NCBI RefSeq assembly: GCF_006345805.1
Contig: NC_043002.1
Coordinates: 59,272,001-59,336,000 of the forward strand
Direction: 5' to 3'
Source: Octopus sinensis
Taxonomy: Eukaryota
DNA length: 64,000 bases
A program made the translations under genes and the position numbers. Positions within the stretch are counted from its first letter, which is position 1, and each line of letters starts with the position of its first letter. A model generated the notes under the pieces. That model did no database searches. It had not been told where the DNA came from and worked only from the letters and a program-made list of their open reading frames with translations. Shown in pieces: positions 11,997-24,015 of this stretch.

Positions 11997-14386
11997 CCTG
12001 GAGAGACAAATATACACGAGCGTCTGTATCGAAGCCTACGGGATATCTGACTTAAAATTTTCAAGACTGACGTATTCGCGCCAAACTTATCAACAGTAAA
12101 TATAAACTGCAAATTCATCTCAGAATTATTCAGAAAATTATCAATTAGTCAATTTAGGGTAGCAAAAAATTCAATAGAAATTTATCGCAACCAGCGGCCT
12201 GGTGAAAAAGAGAAAATAGTCATCGACTAAATATATAATATAACGATTTAGGAGTGACCCCAACAGGTCACTCGTCCACCAGAAAGAGCAGCCATAACTC
12301 ACACCGCCAAGTATTATTATTTCAGAAATTAGGTGAAAATTTAAAAACATTTACCCTAATTCATCTTTTAGACGTTGCAACGTTTCTGTGTCATTAATGA
12401 TTAAATTAGCTTAATTAAATTAAATTAAGCCAATCTACCATAGGTTACACTTCATCAGTAAAGACCTGGGAGAGACAAATACACGAGGCGTCTGTATCGA
12501 AGCCTACGGATATCTGACTTAAAATTTTCAAGACTGACGTATTCGCGCCAAACTTATCAACAGTAAATATAAACTGCAAATTCAATCTCAGAATTATTCA
12601 AAATTATCAATTAGTCAATTTAGGGTAGCAAAAAATTCAATAGAAATTTATCGCAACCAGCGGCCTGGTGAAAAAGAGAAAATAGTCATCGACTAAATAT
12701 ATAATATATAACGATTTAGGAGTGACCCCAACAGGTCACTCGTCCACCAAAAGAGCAGCCATAACTCACACCGCCAAGTATTATTAATTCAGAAATTAGG
12801 TGAAAATTTAAAAACATTTACCCTAATTCATCTTTTAGACGTTGCAACTTTCTGTGTCATTAATGATTAATTAGCTTAATTAAATTAATTAAGCCAATCT
12901 ACCATAGGTTACACTTCATCAGTAAAGACCTGGGAGAGACAATATACACGAGGCGTCTGTATCGAAGCCTACGGGATATCTGACTTAAAATTTTCAAGAC
13001 TGACGTATTCGCGCCAAACTTATCAACAGTAAATATAAACTGCAATTCAATCTCAGAATTATTCAGAAATTATCAATTAGTCAATTTAGGGTAGCAAAAA
13101 ATTCAATAGAAATTATCGCAACCAGCGGCCTGGTGAAAAAGAGAAAATAGTCATCGACTAAATATATAATATAACGATTTAGGAGTGACCCCAACAGGTC
13201 ACTCGTCCACCAGAAAGAGCGCCATAACTCCACACAACCGCCAGTATTATTAATTCAGAAATTAGGTGAAAATTTAAAAACATTTACCCTAATTCATCTT
13301 TTAGACGTTGCACGTTTCTGTGTCATTATTAATGATTAAATTAGCTTAATTAAATTAAATTAAGCCAATCTACTAGGTTACACTTCATCAGTAAAGACCT
13401 GGGAGAGACAAATATACACGAGGCGGTCTGTATCGAAGCCTACGGGATATCTGACTTAAAATTTTCAAGACTGACGTATTCGCGCCAAACTTATCAACAG
13501 TAAATATAAACTGCAAATTCAATCTCAGAATTATAGAAAATTATCAATTAGTCAATTTAGGGTAGCAAAAAATTCAATAGAAATTTATCGCAACCAGCGG
13601 CCTGGTGAAAAAAGAAAATAGTCATCGACTAAATATATAAATATAACGATTTAGGAGTGACCAACAGGTCACTCGTCCACCAGAAAGAGCAGCCATACTC
13701 ACACACCCGCCAAGTATTATTAATTCAGAAATTAGGTGAAAATTTAAAAACATTTACCCTAATTCATCTTTTAGACGTTGCAACGTTTCTGTGTCATTAA
13801 TGATTAAATTAGCTTAATTAAATTAAATTAAGCCAATCTACCATAGGTTACACTTCATCAGTAAAGACCTGGGAGAGACAAATATACACGAGGCGTCTGT
13901 ATCGAAGCCTACGGGATATCTGACTTAAATTTTCAAGACTGACGTATTCGCGCCAAACTTATCAACATAATATAAACTGCAAATTCAATCTCAGAATTAT
14001 TCAGAAATTATCAATTAGTCAATTTAGGGTAGCAAAAAATTCAATAGAAATTTATCGCAACCAGCGGCCTGGTGAAAAAGAGAAAATAGTCATCGACTAA
14101 ATATATAAATATAACGATTTAGGGTGACCCAACAGGTCACTCGTCCACCAGAAAGAGCAGCCATAACTCACACCGCCAAGTATTATTAATTCAAAATTAG
14201 GTGAAAATTTAAAAACATTTACCCTAATCATCTTTTAGACGTTGCAACGTTTCTGTGTCATTAATGATTAAATTAGCTTTATTAAATTAAATTAAGCCAA
14301 TCTACCATACTTCAGTCTTGAAAATTTTAAGTAGATATCCCGTAGGCTTCGATACAGACGCCTCGTGTATATTTGTCTCTCCCAGG

Positions 14387-14485
14387 TCTTTACTGATGAA
14401 GTGTAACCTATGGTAGATTGGCTTAATTAATTTAATAAGCTAATTTAATCATTAATGACACAGAAACGTTGCAACGTCTAAAAGA
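14387..14485 (+). ncRNA. Type I hammerhead ribozyme motif in the inverted copy
   Basis: CTGATGA 14393-14399, GAAA 14463-14466, palindrome cgttgcaacg 14467-14476, GTC triplet ending 14478, stem I tcttta/taaaaga. Confidence 0.7.
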
Positions 14486-15085
14486 TGAATTAGGGTAAAT
14501 GTTTTTAAATTTTCATAATTCTGAATTAATAATACTTGGCGGTGTGAGTATGGCTGCTCTTTCTGGTGGACGAGTGACCTGTTGGGGTCCTCCTAAATCG
14601 TTATATTATATATTTAGTCGCTGACTATTTTCTCTTTTTCACCAGGCCGCTGGTTGCGATAAATTTCTATTGAATTTTTTGCTACCCTAAATTGACTAAT
14701 ATATATATATATATATATAATATATATATATATATTATATATAAGTAACTCATTTCTAACTGCATATTACCTCAATACATCTGACTAATATGAGCATAAT
14801 GAGATACCCTTATCTACAGGCTGAAACAGATGTAAGATCCATTTTATATGTATTATTTTTATGGTATTATCTTACTTATTGATGTATATTGTTTTATTCT
14901 GTCTTAATCTGTTGGATTTGGATGTTCCTAGTCAATTAATTAGTTAATAAATTATATGAATTGGTATTATCTGGAAGTTGATGATTGAAAGGAATCTATT
15001 ACTCCATTTTCATATTTTGTATTATGAATTTGAGGTAAAACATTTTACCTTCGCCCATATAATACAATAAATGAACTAATTACAT

Positions 15086-15235
15086 TGCAATTGTAAGCAT
15101 TTATGTATTAGCCTTTTGGGTATTTTACTGGCAGTATATTGGATAAATGATATCCCATAGTGGGTTACAATCATAACCCCTATCTCACTTTGTGCTAGAT
15201 ATATATTACAATCATAACCCCTATCTCACTTTGTG

Positions 15236-15287
<52 letters not shown>

Positions 15288-15396
15288 CATAAAGTGAGAT
15301 AGGGGTTATGATTGTAACCCACTATGGGATATCATTTATCCAATACACTGCCAGTAAAATACCCAAAAGGCTAATACATAAATGCTTACAATTACA
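15086..15396. repeat. ~110 bp inverted repeat around (TA)n, with a 33 bp duplication on the left arm
   Basis: ttgtaagcattt...ctcactttgtgcta versus tagcataaagtgag...aaatgcttacaa. Confidence 0.9.
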
Positions 15397-15624
15397 TGTA
15401 AATTACATGTAAATACATGTAAATTTAAATTTAATATAATAAGGGTGAAAAATTAAATATTAATTTGAATAATATCAATTTAAAACCAGTGGTGTAGCAT
15501 ATTGAAAAGTATGAAGTTTCAGAAAAAATTATATTACATACATATAAGAGGGATGTTCACTTTCAGTTCTATGCCACTTATAATAGTTTCACTATTAAAG
15601 TGAAAGCATTTTGACATTACAATA

Positions 15625-15724
15625 NNNNNNNNNNNNNNNNNNNNNNNNNNNNNNNNNNNNNNNNNNNNNNNNNNNNNNNNNNNNNNNNNNNNNNNNNNNN
15701 NNNNNNNNNNNNNNNNNNNNNNNN
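15625..15724. other. Assembly gap (100 N)
   Basis: N run. Confidence 1.
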
Positions 15725-15924
15725 TAAAATCGACCTCGACGTGATTTGAACTGCAAATGTAAAGAACAACGTATTACTTTATTGCACTGATTCTGGAGCA
15801 GTTCCTCGCCCAACTCTACCCTCGACTTGTACCGAGACCTTTTTTCTTATTATTTCCCCACAACATATTTGGTAGCCCTACCATGTATTACATTACATAT
15901 AACATCGTATCACTGTATCGACTA

Positions 15925-16182
15925 AAGTATAGGATGGTCACAATGCGCTTCCTCGCATTGTTGTAGCTTTTCAATGATACCACCACGCTGGTCAGGTGGG
16001 CGAGCCAACATCATCCCCACCCTACGAGGCACCAGTCCGTCGCAGGTTTTCCCATTCACACCTAGACAAGGTGATTTGCTTAAAAAAAAAACATAAAGCA
16101 CCGCCGGTCTGAGAATCGAAACCGCGATATTGCGATCCTGAATGCAACACTCTACCCCAAAAACACTGGGTCACGCGCCTTT
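15925..16182 (-). mobile_element. tRNA-derived SINE family B, degraded
   Basis: Similar in reverse to 27017-27295 (ggtcacaatgcg, gaatcgaaaccgcgat). Confidence 0.6.
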
Positions 16183-16229
16183 ACACACACACACACACAC
16201 ATACACACGCACATGTCTATCACCCAAAT

Positions 16230-16263
<34 letters not shown>

Positions 16264-16266
<3 letters not shown>

Positions 16267-17537
16267 TTGGGGGGGGGGGAATAAATATTCGTATATGTCA
16301 ACATTATTTATTTAATTTCTAATGAACATAAATGGGATATACCAATACTATATTTGCATACACATGCATAAACTAAGAATATGCAGAAGAAACTAATAAA
16401 TTATTGTAACTAAGGAATTCATATTCAATTATAAATATTTAGGGGTGAAAAAGGTATTCGTACAGAATATAAATAACTGATAATTCTGATTTAATACTTC
16501 GTAGCATAACCATTATTCAGTTCCAATTCAACCAATCTTTTCTTATAGTTCTTAATCAATGACTCGCATGTTTCTTTAGGAATTTTTTCCCATTCTTCTT
16601 GACAGAATTTCTTCAAATCTTCAATGCACGTTGGGGCCCTTGAATGAATTTTAATTTTCAAATAATGCCACAAATTTTCAATGGGGTTCAAGTCAGGTGA
16701 CTGGCTTGGCCATTCTAATAATTTTATATTGTGATCGACAATCCATTTTTTGGTAGATTTCGCCGTGTGCTTAGGATCGTTATCCTGTTGTAAAACCCAC
16801 TCTTCACAAAGCTGGAGCTTTTCTACAGAGTCCCATAAATCATTGTTCAAAATATTTTGGTACATCTCTGGATTCATTCTACCATCTATCACATGAAAAT
16901 TGCCAGTACCATTTGCAGAGAAACACCCCCACACTATGATGTTGCCACCTCCAAACTTTACGGTAGGAATTGTGTTTTTCGGCAAATAGGCGGTGCCATC
17001 TTTCCTCCGAACATGGCTCCAAACAATTCAATTTTCGACTCGTCTGTCCATAGAACATTTTCCCAGAATGTATCAGATTTATCTTTATGTTCATAAACAA
17101 ATTTTAAACCGGCATCTCTATGCCTTTTAGTCAATTAAGATTTCACCGAATTTGTGAGCTCTTTACTTTTCGCCATTATTACGATACTACTTTTTGTTGT
17201 CTTAATGCTGAATGAAGAAGCTAGTGCTTTGACACATAAAAATGACAACTGATAAGATCATTGGAACAAACGAGAAAGTTCTAGTAAAAAAATATATTTT
17301 AACAGTATTTTGTGGCATAGAAAATCATAAATTTATTCTGTACGAATACTTTTTTATCCCGAAATATTTATAATTGTATATAAATTTATTAGTTACTATA
17401 ATTTATTAGTTTCTTTTGCATATTCTTAGTTTATGCATGTGTATGCAAATATAGTATTGGTATATCTCATTTATGTTCTTTAGAAATTAAATAAATAAAG
17501 AATTTTGACATATACGAATATTTATTTCCCCCCACTA
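16264..17537 (-). mobile_element. Tc1 (DD34E) transposon with ~210 bp IR/DR-type terminal repeats, internally deleted
   Basis: ORF 16491-16985: TVKFGGGNIIVWGCFS, QQDNDPKH, WPSQSPDLNPIENLW. TIRs ~16264-16475 and ~17330-17537, each with an outer and inner tattcgta repeat. Confidence 0.95.
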
Positions 17538-17544
17538 TTCATAT

Positions 17545-17582
<38 letters not shown>

Positions 17583-17662
17583 GTATGTAGGTATAATATA
17601 TATATTTGTGTGTGCGCATATGTGTTTGTATATGTGTGTACATAACATACATACATATATAT

Positions 17663-17709
<47 letters not shown>

Positions 17710-18444
17710 GTATACATACAGCATCCCACCATGACCACAGCTTTGAAACTGAAAGAATTCAAAGATTTAAAGATACATACATATATAAATATATCTATAT
17801 ATGTGTTAATATACACACGCACGCGCATGGACACATGAATTCTCTCTATGTGTATATACATAAACACACACACACATATGCATATATATAAATCTATATT
17901 TATATATATATTGACATATTCATACACACAGATATGTACGAGCACACATATATACATTTAAATATTTACATTTCTCTGTCTACGTAAATCCACGTTTGTT
18001 ATGTACACGACAGCGTAATCCAGACAATAGCGAAGACATAATAACATCTTGAAGACGTAACAATAAAAAACAAACAAACAAGAAGATGATATTGCTCTGA
18101 CGAAATATTTTCCCAATACCCGAAGAAAGACCCCGAATAAAGAAAAGAAATTTATGAAAATATACATGAAGGAACATTGACAGCATCAACGAAATGTAGA
18201 AACGATTCCAATATGAAGAGCTACAATACCAACTCTAACAAAATATACAACCTTCAAAGCAGCTTCAAGAATACCAAATACATGAAGAAATATCAGATAT
18301 GATATTGAAACAGCATTAAATTGAACATGCAATTTGTTTATCGTACTAAATGTATATATACCACAAAAAGATATCATGCTGTCGAGTTTGTCTGAGAGAA
18401 AATCTTCATAGGTATCTTGTTTTAAAAATACCATAAATATTGGT

Positions 18445-18655
18445 TTCAAATTTTGGTGTAATGCTAGCAGTTTCGGAGCAGAGAATAAGTTTATTATATC
18501 GACCCCAGCGTTCAGCTCGTACTTATTTTATCAACCCGAAAGGGCAAAAGGTAAAGACGACCGTGGCGGAATTTGAAAGCAGAACGTAAAAAGCAAGTGA
18601 AATGTCGCTAAGCATTTTGCCCGGCGCAGTAACGATTCTGCCAGCATGCCGCCTA
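18445..18655 (-). mobile_element. SINE family A
   Basis: atcgacccc ... aaggtaaagacgaccgtggcggaatttgaa ... ctgccagcatgccgcct. Confidence 0.8.
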
Positions 18656-18743
18656 AAATAAAATAAGATAAAATAAAATAAAATAAAACTAAAAACAAAC
18701 AAGCAAAAAACCACCACCACACACCCACACACACACCACACTC

Positions 18744-18808
<65 letters not shown>

Positions 18809-19504
18809 GAAAGAGGTGACACCGTTCTAGCAGTCACTCAGGAGAACGACAGATGCATTTCGTCCAACTTGGGGGTGTATCAATGCACACCCGGTTGTTT
18901 TTTACTAAGGATACTGAAAATATTTTTACTAGTATCACTGAAAGCTTGCTGGGCAGTAAAAAAACTAGGTGAGCACAAATGAAACAGCATTAAGTAAAAT
19001 TGCCATCTATGTGTCAAACTAAGTGAATATATATCGTTTAAAGTCATGATGCTGAGAATTTTGCCTGAGGGGTAAATCTTTTCATGGATATGACGTGTTA
19101 AAAACACAAGTTTCTCTTCGGTTATTCGGTTGTACGGGCTTTATAGCAACAAACAACACAGGAGATGTAATCAGAGAGAAAAATAATAAAACCTTAGTCG
19201 GTAATACTTTCATCGTATATAGAATTACACACACACACACACTCTCTCTCTTTCACACACACACACGGTCTCTCTCACACACACTCTCTCTCTCTCTCAC
19301 ATACACACTCTCTCTCACACACTCTCTATCTCACATACACATACACTCTCTCACACACACGCTCCCCCTCCTCTCTCACACACACTCTCTCTCTCACATA
19401 CATAATCCCTCTCTCTCATACACACACACACAAATACATACACATACACACTCTCTCTCACACACTCTCTCTCTCACACATACTCTCTCTCTCACACACA
19501 CACA

Positions 19505-19535
<31 letters not shown>

Positions 19536-20869
19536 TCTCTCTCTCACGCACACACACTCTCTCACATACACAAATACATACACACGCACACGTTCTCAAG
19601 TTTTTACAATGGAAGCTTTATTAATAGCGAAAATCAACACACAGATTCAGTACAAGTGAAATGAAATTCGGGGAGAAAACATTTAATCACAACTTGTAAT
19701 ATCATTTACTGCCTACAACGATAAGACAACCATATTTATTATCAGCATCAGCATAACATCTTTCTGGCAGTGACACCGAGAACGTCACGGGACGTTTCTT
19801 TTCCAAAGTAAACAGAAGAGACTTTCCTGTTCCAAAGCAAACATAATAAATTCATTTAAATAATTACAAAATACAAAAGATGTAACTCAAATAAAGATGT
19901 ATATTCATTATAATGTGATAAGTATAAAAAAGCTCTTAGAACACACGCATATACAACATTTAGACACGTGCACACACGCAGATGTAATCCACAGGGTAGA
20001 TTATAATTTTAGCGAGTTATTTTCCATCATATGTTCAGGTTAAATATTTATATTACGTTAGAAAGAAAGTCCTGTCGTGGTTTTGATATGATCATTTTGA
20101 GTTCCTTTTTTTTTTCAGTGAATATAGCTTGAATCTTTTAGATTCTAATGTATTCTTTGTTAGCAGATTACCTTATACCGTAGTGGTTAAATTCATGTAA
20201 CAGCAACGGAAGCGGCAGATTGCTAATTGTGAAGATGTTAAAAATGATTCTGAGTGTTTCCTGGATTCGAAGCCTTAAGAATTTTATACTCGAAGGATCA
20301 ACAATTTCTCGAATAGATGAGATTATGTTATCAATAATGAGCGTAAATATTATCGTGATTAAATGCATTAAGACCAAAGGGATACTGGTTTGTTTGCGAC
20401 CATGATATGCGACAGAACTCTCTTTTCAACTTAATTTAATGTAAAGCATGGATTAAATGCATCTGCGACACAACTCTTTAAAATGCAAGAAATTGACGGC
20501 TATAGTTAACTTCCGATATACGTCATAATAGAAATGTGTATGGTCTTATATCTCATAGCAAGTCCGCCGATAGGGTCTTTTTTTGTTTAGAGAAGTGTAT
20601 CTCTCATAAGACAGTTTAAAACGACCGATCTCAGAGATCAGTCTTTAACTTGCAGCTTTTCGGTAAGTCTGGATAAGGACAAAGGATAAAAATAGTGAAA
20701 AATAATTAATGTTAACCTAAACGCTGAATCAGCTTCTGAAATTTTCAGAAATAGTTGTGCAGAAGTAGTTAGAATATTGAAAATAGAAACAAACATGGAA
20801 TTCTGGGGATAAATAGGAAATATAAGGAAGTAAAAGAGTACAAGAGAGATATGGTTATCTGGACAATTC

Positions 20870-20923
<54 letters not shown>

Positions 20924-21219
20924 CATACATACATATATATACATATATATACATCTATATGCATACATGCATATACATACATACATACGTACATACACAC
21001 ACACACACACACACATACATAATATATATATATTATATATATATAAATATTAAAATTACTAAGTCTCTCTAAAGGAGATTACGGCAGCGTTACTGGATAT
21101 TAGTATGGCGATATATATATATATATATATATATATATCTTTTACTTCCCTTATATTTCCTATTTACCCCCAGAACTCCATATTTGTTTCTATATATATA
21201 TTAATAGTTATATATACTA

Positions 21220-23262
21220 TTAAATGGAATAAATGATAATATACAATTCACGATGGATCATAACGAAGAAGAATTACCATTTTTAGACATCCTCATTAAG
21301 AAAACCGGCAACAAAATAGAGACAGATATCTACGGTAAACCGACAGACTCCAAACAGTACCTACCCTTTGATTCATGCCACCCACGTCCCTTTTTGTTTA
21401 GCTAGAAGGATTTGCACCATAATATCAGACACAAACACCCGACACACACGTCTCCAGGAACTTAGAACCACACTCACAAATAGAAACTATCCATAGCCCC
21501 TAATAGACAGTGCAATCCAAAGGGCACTCAAATTAAGTATAGAAGACCTGAGACAAACAAAACCAAAAAAGAAAGAACAATTAAAAACCCTCCCTACATC
21601 TCTACACACAACCCACTCAACAATGAGGCCTTCAGCACCATACTACAAAGCACAGCCCTGCTAAAGGGAGACCCAAAGATGAACCGGATCCTCGAAACAC
21701 ACACCATCATTAAAAGTAAACGGCAACCAAAATCCTTGAAAAGTTTAACCCAAGCTAAACTGCACTCACATCAACCACAAAACCAGAGGTTAGAAAATGT
21801 GGAAGGCCCAACTGCGGAATCTGTGTCATCTTGGTAGAAGGTTCAGAATTTATACTAGAACAGGCCATCAGTTCACCATTAGAGCAAACTTCACCTGCGC
21901 ATCAGAAATTAATTTACGTCTTAACATGCGCAGGCTGCAATAGGCAGTATATAGGCCATACAAAAAATAGCTTACGTAACAGGATGGTGGTGCATAAATC
22001 ACAAATTAGAAACCCTGAATACCGGAAAATACCGGTCAGCGGACACATAGATAGATGTGCTGCAAATGTAAATCCGAAATTTACAACTTACCCACTTTAT
22101 AAATTCAGTGACAGCGTAACTTCACGCAACGCCAAAATAAAGAACTTTATTTCATCAAAAAATTTAGACCAAGTTTGAACACCCTGGGCCAGGAATATTA
22201 AAACAAAACATTGGTCCTCCGAAAAAGAGAAACGAAATTCTACCACAACCACTACGACTGCCTCAACTCGCACTACTACTACAACCACCGTGGTCACTGT
22301 TGCTACGGCCACAGTGAGAGAATTATAATAATGGAGGTGGGGCGAATTACAATTTCTCAGATCCTTAAACAGTCACTCACGCTGACAGTGATATGTCTTA
22401 GGAAAGGAAAAATTTATAAAAAGATCTCTTTCTCTACGAGCAGATCTAATCCTGATTCGTCAAAAAACTGATGACGTATTACCTCAGTGGTCAAGCTATT
22501 GTCACCCTGCTTGGTCGGTTTCCCCACATGATACAGCTATGGGTCAGACCCGATTCTGATTGGTCAAAACATTGATGAAGTCTCGTTCTGCTGGACTAGC
22601 CACCTAACAGGATACAGTCATGGGTCAGATCTAATTTCGATTCGTCAAAAAAATGATGACGTATTTCTTCCGTGGCCAAACTGTCGTTCCGCTTGGTTGG
22701 TTTCCTAACAGGATACAGTTAGGAGTCTTTTCACTATATTCGTTGAGACTGGGTTTTGATTGGTTTGGAACTATATGACGTCAGTGAAAAATGCAAGTGA
22801 CCACAGCTTAGCTGAGCTGATATAAATCCAACAATCACAAAATTCACCAAAATTATGCGAGCAGACACCGACCAAAAATCATTACTGTTGCTCCCATTGG
22901 AACACAAGGTAAAATCTAAAATGAACTCCTCGCCTTTTCATATTTTTTATATTTGATTCTATTGAATGTATGTCACAATTATGAACTACTACATCATACT
23001 CTTTAAACATATAGCATGGACTCTCTTTATTATATATGAATTTTTTATATTTGACTCTATTGAATATTATATATGAATTTTTTATATTTGACTCTATTGA
23101 ATATATGTCACAATTATGAACTATTACATCATACTCTTTAAACATATAGCATGGACTCTCTTTATTATATATGTTTTTGATAAGGTTCGTCATTTCAAGA
23201 ACCGAAACATGTTAAATTAAAATTTGTCTAATATAGCAGCATTTTCAAACTTCATTTTTTAC
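21220..23262 (+). mobile_element. 5'-truncated Penelope-like element (RT C-terminus + Cys-rich linker + GIY-YIG + 3' pLTR) in (TA)n
   Basis: IQFTMDHNEEELPFLDILI..TDIYGKPTDSKQYLPFDSCHP, CGRPNCGIC and LIYVLTCAGCNRQYIGHTKNSLRNRM; the Cys-rich linker suggests the Neptune clade; stops and frameshifts present. Confidence 0.92.
23172..23218 (+). ncRNA. Decayed minimal hammerhead at the 3' end of the Penelope element
   Basis: ttt-TTGATAA (from CTGATGA)-ggttc...gaacc-GAAA-catg-TT-aaa; perfect 5 bp stem II and palindromic acatgt. Confidence 0.55.
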
Positions 23263-23297
23263 AAATATATATATATATATATATATTTTTTTTTTTT

Positions 23298-23940
23298 CTA
23301 GTTTCAGCTCAGAGCTGCGGCCATGCTGATGCACCGCCGTTTTGTGCTACACTGTTATTGCGAGGAACCTCGTCTATTATGTGGCATTGGTGAAGAATGG
23401 AGTTTGATACAGCTACTCTCATTTACACCTCTTTCCGTGAGGTAGGTTCATCTGGGACTCTTGACAGGAAGATGTCCAGCTTTGATTTAAAAACCACTAC
23501 ATCTACTTTGTGCAAGTTCCTCAGACTCTTTGGGAGAATATTAAAAAAACTGTGGGCCCTTGAAACCCAGGCTGTTGCAGAAGCTGGTCCTGAAGCATGA
23601 TGGCATTGCTGGGATCTTTGGCACTATGCAGTGTCGTCCCGTTCTAGCATTGGTGTAGCTTACAATGCCAAAATTTGGCACAATTCCTTCCAGGATCTTC
23701 CAGACATATATTACTGCATACCTCTCCCGTCTTCTCTCCAGGGAGTAGAGTCTTAGCTGTTTCAACCTTTCCCAGTAGCTGAGCTGTTGCAAAGAGACGA
23801 TCTTCTTTGTGAATCTTCTCTGGATTGCTTCAAGGTCTGCTGTTAATTTTACACTGGTGGGTGACCATAGCTGTGAGCAGTAATCCAGGCGACTGAGGAC
23901 GAATGTCCGCCAGAGGACCATCATGGTTTCCTTATCTCTG

Positions 23941-23941
<1 letters not shown>
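23298..23941 (-). mobile_element. 3' fragment of CR1/Jockey-group LINE
   Basis: ORF 23541-23924: SRLDYCSQLWSP, YWERLKQLRLYSLERRRERY. Confidence 0.9.
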
Positions 23942-23984
<43 letters not shown>

Positions 23985-24015
23985 ATATAGATATATATAT
24001 ATAATTATATTATAT

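Larger units (their letters stand above)
11775..14700. repeat. Tandem array of ~467 bp units (5 full + 1 partial) plus an inverted copy, flanked by (TA)n
   Basis: Units start at 11775, 12241, 12709, 13172, 13644 and 14112 (taacgatttagg). The direct part ends ~14309; 14312-14700 is the reverse complement spanning a unit junction. Copies differ mostly by 1-bp indels. Confidence 0.97.

Noticed and set aside
11775-14700. CRISPR or satellite-only reading of the array
   Set aside because: No short repeat with unique spacers, and the context is eukaryotic. A plain satellite does not explain the ordered hammerhead boxes or the terminal inversion.
18845-18900. Minus-strand GAAA-tgca-TC hammerhead half
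   Set aside because: No credible CUGANGA box or stems I/II.
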